Part shown: piece by piece, positions 1-8,594 of the stretch
Layout of the letters: every line of letters begins with the position of its first letter
Numbering within the stretch: position 1 is the first letter of the stretch
IMG/VR virus record: IMGVR_UViG_3300046786_000686
Location: 1-64,000 of that record
Source of the DNA: a virus
Strand: one strand, 5' to 3'
Length of the DNA: 64,000 nt
The notes under the pieces: generated by a model
Told to the model about the DNA's origin: nothing
What the model saw: only the letters and a program-made list of their open reading frames with translations
The model's database searches: none
Translations under genes and position numbers: made by a program

Positions 1-1
1 C

Positions 2-82
2 GGGAAAGACGCAAGTGTAGTGGACCCAGCTAATGCAATGAGTATCGCAAAGGAGCTTAACAAAAAATTCTTAAGCAAGTAA
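2..82 (+). CDS. 3' end of an upstream gene (partial), ...GKDASVVDPANAMSIAKELNKKFLSK*
   Basis: Open frame from the window edge to TAA at 80-82; product not assignable from this fragment. Confidence 0.5.
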   Translation, partial: GKDASVVDPANAMSIAKELNKKFLSK

Positions 83-461
83 GACATAGGGGATTAGAGG
101 GGGGTACCTAAAGTGTGTGTGTAAGTAAGGGTACCCCTATATAGGGCCTTCCATAGGGGGGCCCTCCCCATGTATAAACCCGCATATAAGCAGGGGGGTC
201 CCCCTGTTTTTTAGGCGTAAAACACGCGATTTTAGGGGGGGTATAGGGTATGATAATTACGTGAAAACCGCATGGATAGGGGGTTCTAGAGGCGGGTGAC
301 ACGCACACATATTGCGAGCATAATTTTTTTTGCTATAGGGCTTAGACACTTGGGTTACACTGCGTGTAATGTCTATTGCCCTCCCCCCTCCCACCTTATA
401 GGCCCCCTTCCCATTAGCTTATTGGAGGATACTAGGTAAATTATGGGTATATTGTAAACAT

Positions 462-827
462 ATGAATATAGCAATCATCGCACATGATAACAAGAAGGCT
501 GATATGATAGCTTTCGTGATTAAACGACTGGAGTTCTTTAAGCGTAAGGACATCAATATCTACGCTACTGGTACTACTGGTAAACACATTAAACATGCGG
601 GTCTGAACCCGCATCTACTATTGTCGGGGCCATTAGGTGGAGACGCTCAAATCGCAGCAATGCTGGTAGAAGGAAGGATAGACTTGGTGCTGTTTTTCAT
701 TGATCCTCTGCACTCACACCCGCATGAAGTCGACATACATATGTTACTGCGTTTATGCAATGTACATGACGTGCCACTAGCTACAAACTATAGTACAGCA
801 TCTAGGTTAGTGCAATCATACGAATAG
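462..827 (+). CDS. mgsA: Methylglyoxal synthase
   Basis: MgsA motifs IAHDxKK, ATGTTG, SGPLGGDAQI, FFIDPL, HPHEVDI, LRLCNV..PLATN. Confidence 0.95.
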   Translation: MNIAIIAHDNKKADMIAFVIKRLEFFKRKDINIYATGTTGKHIKHAGLNPHLLLSGPLGGDAQIAAMLVEGRIDLVLFFIDPLHSHPHEVDIHMLLRLCNVHDVPLATNYSTASRLVQSYE

Positions 828-860
828 TAAACACGGTACTATTTATATTAAAGTAAACAC

Positions 861-1268
861 ATGAGTATCGATACAACACGTTTAATGGAGCTTGCAGGAT
901 TGCTTACAGAGTCTAGTACTCCAGTAACCGAAGTATCTAGTGATAATAGCTTACATCACACCGCGGGTGAGATGATTTCACAAGTGGGATTATACACCAA
1001 GAAAAACGCGGATAAGCTAGATCAAAGTGGTAGTGGAAACCTATATAGGTTCTTTGACACACCGCAACAAAAGGAAGAGTTAATCAAGATTTCCGAGGAG
1101 TATAAGCAGTACCTTAACAAGGTGAAAACCACGATGGAACTCCTTATGAAAGACCCGATGTATCAAGTGGCTATCGGCGATGCCGGAGCGCATATCAAGA
1201 CGTATAAAACACCGGGTGAAATCCTAGACAAAGCATACAATAGAGCACAAAACTTAAACAACCTATAA
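861..1268 (+). CDS. Hypothetical protein with RLMELAGL..LTE leader
   Basis: ORF preceded by TATTTAT (840-846); leader resembles those of 1268 and 2575. Confidence 0.7.
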   Translation: MSIDTTRLMELAGLLTESSTPVTEVSSDNSLHHTAGEMISQVGLYTKKNADKLDQSGSGNLYRFFDTPQQKEELIKISEEYKQYLNKVKTTMELLMKDPMYQVAIGDAGAHIKTYKTPGEILDKAYNRAQNLNNL

Positions 1269-1570
1269 TGGAAGCAAACAAGCAAAGACTAATGGAGTTA
1301 GCAAATCTCCAACCAATAAACACCCTCAAAGAGGCAGTGGATCCTAACTTCGAAGTGAAGCTAGAAGTGAAGGTAAAAGCGGGGTATCTAATCGAGATGT
1401 TCGGCGGCGCTGAGAACCTTGGAGACACGGTAACTGACCCTAACAAATTCCAAGCATTCACTCGCAAAATCCAAGAAGATTTATCAAATTGGCTAGCGGG
1501 ACCTGGCGGTGACGAATGGGCTAATGACGGCGTAGAATCTGGTGAATACGACGAGTTTGTTCCTTACTAA
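1268..1570 (+). CDS. Hypothetical protein (RLMELANL...LKEAVDP leader)
   Basis: Stop/start overlap (TAATG) with the upstream ORF. Confidence 0.7.
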   Translation: MEANKQRLMELANLQPINTLKEAVDPNFEVKLEVKVKAGYLIEMFGGAENLGDTVTDPNKFQAFTRKIQEDLSNWLAGPGGDEWANDGVESGEYDEFVPY

Positions 1571-1585
1571 ACAACTGGTATATAC

Positions 1586-2080
1586 ATGATTAAACTATTA
1601 AACATACTCCGCGAGAGTGAAGATTGGGACAAGCTAACCATTGAGGACATCAAGGCGGCTTTTCCTAACATTTCATTTGCCGATGGCGGTAAGGTAGACG
1701 ACTCATATACAAAGTCTGATTCGATTGTTATCCCCGATGTAAACACCGCAATCGAGATCCTCAAATATTTGGATAAAAAGATCTATCCATACGGTATTGG
1801 CGGCAGACCTGACGATATTAAACAAGTGTGGGATCGCTTCCCTAAAGGCACCGTTAAAATGGCTTTGCCTCTCTTTCGCAACAATAGATACGAACAAATT
1901 GTATCGTTTGTTTTTGACGATGGTAAGCAATATCCACCGGTGTTTGTATACCACTCAAACCACATTGGATCTCCATTAATTTGGCAACGATTAAGCAACT
2001 CGTCGATGACAGACTATAGCGATAATGAGCCAAGAAAAAGTGCTGGAGATTTTGACAAGTTTTTCAATAAAACAAGATAA
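1586..2080 (+). CDS. Hypothetical protein (MIKLLNILRE leader)
   Basis: ORF in co-directional operon; shared leader. Confidence 0.7.
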   Translation: MIKLLNILRESEDWDKLTIEDIKAAFPNISFADGGKVDDSYTKSDSIVIPDVNTAIEILKYLDKKIYPYGIGGRPDDIKQVWDRFPKGTVKMALPLFRNNRYEQIVSFVFDDGKQYPPVFVYHSNHIGSPLIWQRLSNSSMTDYSDNEPRKSAGDFDKFFNKTR

Positions 2081-2089
2081 AAACAGACA

Positions 2090-2575
2090 ATGAAACTAAA
2101 TAACATTAAAGCAATCATCAAGGAAGAAGTTAAGAAAGTACTTAACGAAGCAGTGGATCCTAACAACTGGCCTATCGGGTTTTTCGAGGTTAAAAATGAC
2201 TTTGAAATCTCACCGGGTGGTGGCTGGGGTGTGACATTCAAGAAGGGCATGATCCTTCAAGTAGCACAATCCAAGGTAGACCGTAGCTTACAAACGATCC
2301 TCATGTGGAACGCTCTTGAGCAGAACTGGACGCCTAAAGCACCACCGATTAGTGGCTACAAGGATAACGGTGGCATGTTCCCTATTAGCTCGTTTGGCGG
2401 GTCTAATGCATGGACAGCTAAGTTTGCTCAAAACGTGACTCCTCTATCAAAAGGACAAGCGGATGCTAAGATCAAATCCGCGGCGGCTGAAACCATTTTG
2501 AATGCTAAACAAGCAATCGCAATGCTAAGCAAATTGGCACCTAATGTACAAGTTAAAATCACAATCGTAAAGTAA
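2090..2575 (+). CDS. Hypothetical protein (IKAIIKEEVKKVLNEAVDP leader)
   Basis: ORF in operon; LxEAVDP shared with 1268. Confidence 0.7.
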   Translation: MKLNNIKAIIKEEVKKVLNEAVDPNNWPIGFFEVKNDFEISPGGGWGVTFKKGMILQVAQSKVDRSLQTILMWNALEQNWTPKAPPISGYKDNGGMFPISSFGGSNAWTAKFAQNVTPLSKGQADAKIKSAAAETILNAKQAIAMLSKLAPNVQVKITIVK

Positions 2576-2811
2576 TGAAACTAGATAGATACAACTTAAT
2601 GCAAGCTGCCGGCTTGAACCCGAGCACAAAGGTGTTGAATGAGGATTATGGAACGGCATCTGATGTCGCATCTGAACTGCTTAGTCTATTAGCCCACCCC
2701 GACATGAAGCGCGGGATGGATGCATTAAGCGACCGCTTAGATGACGCGCAATTCACGGCTGTTAAAAAGCTGTATGATGCTTTGTATGGCGAGTTGAAAA
2801 AGCACGAATAA
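2575..2811 (+). CDS. Hypothetical protein
   Basis: TAATG coupling; LMQAAGL..VLNE leader. Confidence 0.65.
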   Translation: MKLDRYNLMQAAGLNPSTKVLNEDYGTASDVASELLSLLAHPDMKRGMDALSDRLDDAQFTAVKKLYDALYGELKKHE

Positions 2812-2824
2812 TTCCCTAAAATAC

Positions 2825-2850
2825 CCGCGCGACCTCGCGCGGCTCTCTTT
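2825..2850 (+). terminator. GC-rich hairpin, possible weak terminator or processing site
   Basis: CCGCGCG-ACCT-CGCGCGG followed by CTCTCTTT. Confidence 0.45.
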
Positions 2851-2852
2851 AC

Positions 2853-3506
2853 ATGATAAAACTAACGGACATATTGAATGAGATAGGTGAAGGAGTTACT
2901 CCTTTTCCTTTTAGACGCGTTGGCGTTACTAAGGTTGATTCTTGGATGGCTGAGATGTCTATGGCCGATAAGTCCAAGAATGTCACTGGTAGATGGGAAC
3001 AACTACCAAGTCTGCTATATGAGTTCAAAAGCGATAAGGCTACATACGTAACAACGATTGCTGGAGGCTATAGCAGAAGGTTAAATATCAACTTTGGTAG
3101 AAAGCCTGGTGCACCTACTCCACCTGATTACAACATGGTTATTGTTGTGGCTTTTGATATAAAGGATAAAGTGGATGCAAGTGATGAACCGGAGATTACA
3201 AACTTTGGAGAGCAGTTCAAAGTACTCAGCACTGTGGTGACTATTGCGAAGCAGGTGATCCAAGAGATTTCTGAGATTAAGTGGGTTGAGCTTATGGAGA
3301 TCCGAATCGCTCCTAAACTGGAAGATGAGGATGAAGGTAAGCCGATTACACAATCTAAGAGAGGTCGTTTCTACCTAGAATATATTAAGAAGCAGGGTGC
3401 TAATTTGCCTGGTGATTGGACTGCTGAGGTGACAAACGATATGTTTGTTCTACATCCACGTAAGATTAGTTCTTCAACTCATCCCGAAAAATTCATAGAG
3501 ATATGA
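2853..3506 (+). CDS. Hypothetical protein, paralog of 3503-4102
   Basis: MIKLTDILNEIGEGVTPFPF, TNFGEQF..STVV and KRG..Y..YIxKQ shared with the next ORF. Confidence 0.75.
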   Translation: MIKLTDILNEIGEGVTPFPFRRVGVTKVDSWMAEMSMADKSKNVTGRWEQLPSLLYEFKSDKATYVTTIAGGYSRRLNINFGRKPGAPTPPDYNMVIVVAFDIKDKVDASDEPEITNFGEQFKVLSTVVTIAKQVIQEISEIKWVELMEIRIAPKLEDEDEGKPITQSKRGRFYLEYIKKQGANLPGDWTAEVTNDMFVLHPRKISSSTHPEKFIEI

Positions 3507-4102
3507 TCAAACTAACAGATGTACTGAATGAGATTGGAGAAGGTGTTAAGCCGTTTCCATTCAAGCTGTGGGGTACTTACGATGTTAAGTATTGGCAAGA
3601 CTACTTGAGAGAATACAATCCTAATGTAGATGGACTTGAAGATCCGCAGGATCGTGCTTGGGCCACTTACAGAATAGATAAAAATATTGGCTACGAGTTT
3701 GATAGTGAGCGAGAGCATTACTATGCACGAATCGAAGGTAAGGGTACTGCTGAAGTAGATCCAGCCAAGACTGGCCATAGATGGAACATTACTGCTAGAG
3801 TTGACTTTGGCACTAAAGAACGTGGTGATGATGCTACTAACTTGGGTGAGCAATTCGCTGTAATGTCTACGATTGTTGCAATCACAGAGAAGTTTATTAA
3901 AGACCTGGAGGCAGATAAAGATTACCAAGTTACTCGACTGGAGTTCTATCCAAAAAGAGAGAAGGGTGATGATACTGGACCGCTTGGAACAAAACGCGGT
4001 AAACTATACATGGCATACATACAAAAGCAACTATCTCGTTTACAGGGTCATTGGAATGTCAGTGATGGATTTGATGCCATTGTTCTAAAGCGTACAAGCT
4101 AA
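3503..4102 (+). CDS. Hypothetical protein, paralog of 2853-3506
   Basis: MIKLTDVLNEIGEGVKPFPF, TNLGEQF..STIV, KRGKLYMAYIQKQ. Confidence 0.75.
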   Translation: MIKLTDVLNEIGEGVKPFPFKLWGTYDVKYWQDYLREYNPNVDGLEDPQDRAWATYRIDKNIGYEFDSEREHYYARIEGKGTAEVDPAKTGHRWNITARVDFGTKERGDDATNLGEQFAVMSTIVAITEKFIKDLEADKDYQVTRLEFYPKREKGDDTGPLGTKRGKLYMAYIQKQLSRLQGHWNVSDGFDAIVLKRTS

Positions 4103-4617
4103 TGATTAGAAAAATAAAACGCGTTGACATTTACAACGAGATTGAATACATAGGTCGATTATCTGACCAACTACTGGCTGATGGATATCATGCTGGTAAT
4201 ACTGTCGTAATCACAGTTTCGACTGACTACTCATCTATTGTTGGTCAATGCCTAAGACACAGCCTATCTCACAATCTAGAAATCTGTGACGGGTTTGGTA
4301 TTGATGTACCATATCCAGATGAGACTTGGAATGAAGAATACCTAAACGATCTTCGTAGCGCAGTTGTGCATTATGATAAGTTATTTCGTAAGAATGGAAA
4401 GAATATACTGCTAGTTGAAGCAGCTGTGATCAGAGGTGGAAATTACACCTTCGTAGTTGATTACTTAAAGAAAATGTACAGTAATAAGATTGTAACACTA
4501 GCGCTGTATGAGAACGTCCACAGCAAGTTCAAATCAGACTATGTTGGAGAGTATTATGACGATATGACTCAGGACGTAACCTTCTGGTGGGAACGTGATA
4601 ATAAGCATTGGAGTTAA
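4102..4617 (+). CDS. Type I phosphoribosyltransferase-like protein (degenerate PRPP loop)
   Basis: KNILLVEAAVIRGGNY resembles the hhhhDDhhxxGxT motif; C-terminal SDYVGEY..VTFWWE is typical of PRTases. Confidence 0.65.
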   Translation: MIRKIKRVDIYNEIEYIGRLSDQLLADGYHAGNTVVITVSTDYSSIVGQCLRHSLSHNLEICDGFGIDVPYPDETWNEEYLNDLRSAVVHYDKLFRKNGKNILLVEAAVIRGGNYTFVVDYLKKMYSNKIVTLALYENVHSKFKSDYVGEYYDDMTQDVTFWWERDNKHWS

Positions 4618-4652
4618 AGATAAACCGAACATATTTATACTAAAGAAAACAA

Positions 4653-5033
4653 ATGAAACTAGCAGATTTACTTAAAGAGGCTGAAGAGAAAATCAAAGCC
4701 ACTCCTGGTCAAAAGAAGGAGGAAAAGGACGATAAAGCCTTTGCAAAAACACGCTTATCAGGAGCTGAAAAAATCGCTGAAAATGCCAAGGAAAAAGGTG
4801 GTGATGCAATGCTAACTTACTACCATTTCAACGTGAAATTACCGTACTATGAGAAGGCTGGTAAGGGTGAATTTAACGCTGAAAAAGCGCGTGAAGAATA
4901 CCTAACTTTACTGGATCAATTAGCAAAATCTACCGGTGAAAAAGGCATGAATTTGAGCCAAAACGAGTTCCAAAAACTGGTCGGAAAGATCGAAGTTTTG
5001 GGTGAATTGCTTATCGAATATAGCGGTAAATAA
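4653..5033 (+). CDS. Hypothetical protein (MKLADLLKE leader)
   Basis: TATTTAT at 4632-4638; followed by a terminator. Confidence 0.7.
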   Translation: MKLADLLKEAEEKIKATPGQKKEEKDDKAFAKTRLSGAEKIAENAKEKGGDAMLTYYHFNVKLPYYEKAGKGEFNAEKAREEYLTLLDQLAKSTGEKGMNLSQNEFQKLVGKIEVLGELLIEYSGK

Positions 5034-5064
5034 TCCGCAAAAATCCCGAATTTTAACACCCTAG

Positions 5065-5089
5065 ACCCCCGAGTTATCGGGGGTTTTTT
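5065..5089 (+). terminator. Rho-independent terminator
   Basis: ACCCCCGA-GTTA-TCGGGGGT followed by a T tract. Confidence 0.85.
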
Positions 5090-5124
5090 ATTGGGCACAA
5101 CCCGCGTAAATAGTGGGATTTGAG

Positions 5125-5148
5125 TGTGCATAACTTTGTGCATAACTT
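5125..5148. repeat. Perfect 12-bp tandem repeat TGTGCATAACTT x2, each copy containing a DnaA-box match
   Basis: TGTGCATAA is the reverse complement of TTATGCACA, matching TTATNCACA. Confidence 0.6.
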
Positions 5149-5256
5149 ATTGATAATCAACCGGAAAATTTCTTAAAAAACTGTTGCAAAATCGAAAAAA
5201 AGGTCGGAACTTTACATAGTAAAGGAAAGATAATTAATCACAAAAACACACACATT

Positions 5257-5664
5257 ATGAAATTCGCAAAAAACGTAACATTGGTAGTAAAACGCAAAGA
5301 ATTAGTAGTTTTCCCACAGATTGAAGGTCACACTCATGGTGCCGGAAAGTACCTTGTAGTAACTAAGTGTCAGGCTGGATTCCCAACCACATCTTATACT
5401 GAGGCTACGAGTCCAATTGCCGCTTTTCGTCAATACAAAGCTAAGGCTATTATGAACATTTCTAAGGTTGGTGAAAACCATAACTCTACAGTGTATGCCC
5501 GTAATGGTAAAAAGATCTGGATTGCTGAAGAGATGCTCGCTGAGATGACAGTTGGTGATATCAATCAGGATCTCTACAATACCGGTTTATACCACCAAGG
5601 TCAGTATGAGCTTGTAGGAGCTAAAACATGGGCAGACAAAGCGTACATTAAGAATGCAGCCTAA
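5257..5664 (+). CDS. Hypothetical protein, first gene of a putative early operon
   Basis: ORF after GTTGC..ACTTTA promoter-like sequence and CA-rich leader. Confidence 0.7.
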   Translation: MKFAKNVTLVVKRKELVVFPQIEGHTHGAGKYLVVTKCQAGFPTTSYTEATSPIAAFRQYKAKAIMNISKVGENHNSTVYARNGKKIWIAEEMLAEMTVGDINQDLYNTGLYHQGQYELVGAKTWADKAYIKNAA

Positions 5665-5690
5665 TCACTAACACACTAAATACACACACT

Positions 5691-5903
5691 ATGTTTTTAC
5701 AACCAAGTCCCACAGAAACCTGGCAGTATCGAGAGATGGGTTCTCGAGATAAGAAGACCGGAAAATTGAAGTACTACAACGTCACTGTTCGCGGTGACTA
5801 CAAGATCATCGATTGTGAATGTCACGCTAGACAATTCCGTCGATTTTCACCATGCAAACACATGCAACGCTTATTTGAAAAACAAACACATTTATCGCTA
5901 TGA
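5691..5903 (+). CDS. SWIM-type zinc finger protein
   Basis: Y.V....DCEC...F....PCKH = CxC..CxH. Confidence 0.7.
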   Translation: MFLQPSPTETWQYREMGSRDKKTGKLKYYNVTVRGDYKIIDCECHARQFRRFSPCKHMQRLFEKQTHLSL

Positions 5904-6220
5904 CAATAATTGAAAGCTATTGGTTCGGTACAATTGGTATTGTAAAGGGCCACAACGGATTTGAAACAAAATGGTATATTGGTCAAGGTTTAGGCTTTGA
6001 TCAGAGGTCCGACGAACAGCACATTGCTGCTCATGGAATGCCCTTCCGTCCAGAGTCAATGAAGTACTTCTTTGAACCTGTACAATACCTTAACGACGAG
6101 CCTGAGGAGGATTATATAGACCACGTTTTGCAATACGTTAAGGATCCAGACGAGGCTGAGAGAATTGCTTCTTTGCCGTTTGATTTGTGGCCAGATCATG
6201 TCCCAAATCCGTTCCAATAA
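5900..6220 (+). CDS. Hypothetical protein, paralog of the next ORF
   Basis: W.G.IG..K..NGFETK...G..QG.G....D...I...G shared with 6268. Confidence 0.65.
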   Translation: MTIIESYWFGTIGIVKGHNGFETKWYIGQGLGFDQRSDEQHIAAHGMPFRPESMKYFFEPVQYLNDEPEEDYIDHVLQYVKDPDEAERIASLPFDLWPDHVPNPFQ

Positions 6221-6267
6221 AAGTTGCCTAATTGGAATTTAAGTCGTATATTAAAAGAAAAAAAGCT

Positions 6268-6492
6268 ATGAGAGTTATTGATGCATTTTGGATTGGCCGT
6301 ATTGGTTTTATTAAGTTTACAAACGGCTTTGAAACAAAGATTCGCTGTGGCGCTGCTCAGGGTCTTGGTGAAAAGGAAGACACAAACTTTATTATTGAAA
6401 ATGGTGCTGATGTGCCTGGTACGTACCTAGCTCAATTCCTGGATTTATCCAACTTGAACGCCGAGTATGTAGCGCAAGAAGACATGGCCTAA
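6268..6492 (+). CDS. Hypothetical protein (start revised to ATG 6268)
   Basis: Promoter-like GTTGCC..CGTATATTAA at 6223-6254 lies inside the track ORF; MRVIDAFWIG aligns with the start of paralog 5900. Confidence 0.65.
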   Translation: MRVIDAFWIGRIGFIKFTNGFETKIRCGAAQGLGEKEDTNFIIENGADVPGTYLAQFLDLSNLNAEYVAQEDMA

Positions 6493-6514
6493 ATCACACA
6501 CAAAAACACACAAC

Positions 6515-7090
6515 ATGAAAAGATTACAAGGAGTTATATTAGATAAAAGTCCACGAACCCAAGATTGGTTTGTACAGGACTCAGTTACGAGTGTTATTGT
6601 TCCGGTACACCACGAATTTGATAGCGTGTGTGTACCGGGCTTACACGTAGAGTTTGAGGTCGATACTATTGCAGTAGGTACCTCAGAATTTGATGTCCAG
6701 GATATGGATGTTGCTCGCCTTATCATCGATAAGAAAAAGCCTAAATATCAATACGGAGTACTGATTACCAAGCCTTGGAGTAGCGAAATGTATGACCATA
6801 ATGAGCGTATTGCAAGCATTATGAAAGGTCATTTAGGATCTGCTTTGATTCGTGCTTTTCTGGAGTCTGACCAAGATCCAGAGGATACGTGCTATGAGGA
6901 TGATAGATTGTATATTTTGTCAAAGCATATCTGCTCTTACGGATGGTCCAACTACTCTAGAGAGGATGTATTTGAAGAAGCACAGAGAGAATTAGAACGC
7001 GTTCAAAATTATTGGTTGAACGATGTCTGGCCGTATTGCATTGCTGATGGATTTGTTCCTGCCCTAGGAATTGGTTTCGTCGGCTATTAA
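6515..7090 (+). CDS. Hypothetical protein
   Basis: 191 aa ORF with CA-rich leader. Confidence 0.65.
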   Translation: MKRLQGVILDKSPRTQDWFVQDSVTSVIVPVHHEFDSVCVPGLHVEFEVDTIAVGTSEFDVQDMDVARLIIDKKKPKYQYGVLITKPWSSEMYDHNERIASIMKGHLGSALIRAFLESDQDPEDTCYEDDRLYILSKHICSYGWSNYSREDVFEEAQRELERVQNYWLNDVWPYCIADGFVPALGIGFVGY

Positions 7091-7122
7091 TCACAAATCA
7101 TAACTATTTATTTATACAGCGT

Positions 7123-7371
7123 ATGAGAAAACTATATACAATTGGCATCTTATTACTAGTATCAACCCTCTTTTCTTGTAGAGAATCGAAGGTAGAACAT
7201 TGTGATGCCTATGCAGTAATTAAGACATGGAAAGTGCGTCCAGTTAGTATTCACGATGAAATAACTCCTAAGTATCAGGCAGTCTTATCAAATGGGGATA
7301 CTATTCCGTGTGATAATTACACTAAGGCTGGTGATACAATTTATTACACATATATAAAGGTACAAGATTAA
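7123..7371 (+). CDS. Putative lipoprotein
   Basis: Basic N-terminus, hydrophobic stretch, lipobox LFSC. Confidence 0.6.
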   Translation: MRKLYTIGILLLVSTLFSCRESKVEHCDAYAVIKTWKVRPVSIHDEITPKYQAVLSNGDTIPCDNYTKAGDTIYYTYIKVQD

Positions 7372-8594
7372 TGATAAAACTTAAAGATATCTTAAAGGAA
7401 TCTAGCATCATTGAGGGTGTTAATGATCCTGGAATATTGAAGGCTGTATTCCTAGCAGGTGGTCCTGGAAGTGGTAAGTCTACTGTAGCAAATGAGCTAT
7501 TTGGTATGACTAAATCTGGCTTCTCAGTGGGTGGATTGAAGAATGTAAATAGCGATAGATTCTTCGAGTTTATGCTACAGAAAAAGAACCTCACCGCCGA
7601 CTTAGCATCACTTTCTCAAGATGAGTTTATCAGCATCACTAGCGGTCCTGATTCCCCTCGAGTTCGTGCCAAGTCAATGTTCCAAAATGCCTATAGCCTA
7701 TATTTAGGAGGTCGTTTGGGAATGCTTATTGACGGTACTGGTGATGATATTCAGAAGGTTATTGATCATGCAGAAAAGCTTAAAAATGAGTTTGGATATG
7801 ATGTATCCATGATCTTCGTTAATACACCTTTGGAGAAAGCTTTGGAGCGAAATGATAATCGTGATAGAAAGCTTCCACACGACCTTGTAACAAATAGTTG
7901 GAATGATGCTCAAAAAGCTAAAGAAGCATATCAACGATACTTTGGAAAAGATTTCAAAGAGGTCATCAACGATAAAGATGCAGCTCCTGGTCAGCCAGTT
8001 TCAATCGATAAAGATGTGTATGCATTCGCTACAAAATTCATGGACAGCCCTATCAAGAATCCAGTAGGTCTAGCTTGGATTAATAAGTCTCGTGAAGCTA
8101 ATAAACTCAACGAAGCTGATGAAACCTATAAGATATTCTGTGACATGGATGGTGTATTAGCTGACTTCCCAGCACAGTGGAAAAAGTATTTTGAAGAAGA
8201 GCCTAAGACACACAAAAAACGTGTCGGTAAAGAGGAATTTGATATGTTACTAGATACAACTCCTTACAAGTTTTGGTTCGATATGGGATGGATGCCAGGT
8301 GGTGAAAAACTGTGGAGTGTCATTAAAAAATACGATACCACTATTCTAAGCTCTCCAGCTGAGTCTGAAGATTGTAAAAAAGCAAAGGCTGACTGGTTGA
8401 AAAAGCATGGAATTAACAATAAATTAATATTGAAGAAGTCGTACAGAAAACAAGAACATGCAGCTCCAAACCACATATTAATTGATGATTATATTAGAAA
8501 TATAGAGCAGTGGAGAGCTAAAGGTGGTATTGCAATTCATCACACAGACATCAACAAAACTCTAGCAGAATTAGCCAAATACGGAATCAAATGA
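7371..8594 (+). CDS. P-loop kinase (zeta-toxin/AAA_33-like) fused to a HAD 5'(3')-nucleotidase
   Basis: AVFLAGGPGSGKS Walker A, LIDGTG, ALERNDNRDR lid; C-terminal FCDMDGVLADF, ILSSP, ILIDD. Confidence 0.85.
   Translation: MIKLKDILKESSIIEGVNDPGILKAVFLAGGPGSGKSTVANELFGMTKSGFSVGGLKNVNSDRFFEFMLQKKNLTADLASLSQDEFISITSGPDSPRVRAKSMFQNAYSLYLGGRLGMLIDGTGDDIQKVIDHAEKLKNEFGYDVSMIFVNTPLEKALERNDNRDRKLPHDLVTNSWNDAQKAKEAYQRYFGKDFKEVINDKDAAPGQPVSIDKDVYAFATKFMDSPIKNPVGLAWINKSREANKLNEADETYKIFCDMDGVLADFPAQWKKYFEEEPKTHKKRVGKEEFDMLLDTTPYKFWFDMGWMPGGEKLWSVIKKYDTTILSSPAESEDCKKAKADWLKKHGINNKLILKKSYRKQEHAAPNHILIDDYIRNIEQWRAKGGIAIHHTDINKTLAELAKYGIK

Noticed and set aside
7371-8594. Epsilon-zeta toxin-antitoxin module
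   Set aside because: No antitoxin-like upstream gene (the neighbour is a lipoprotein) and the kinase is fused to a phosphatase
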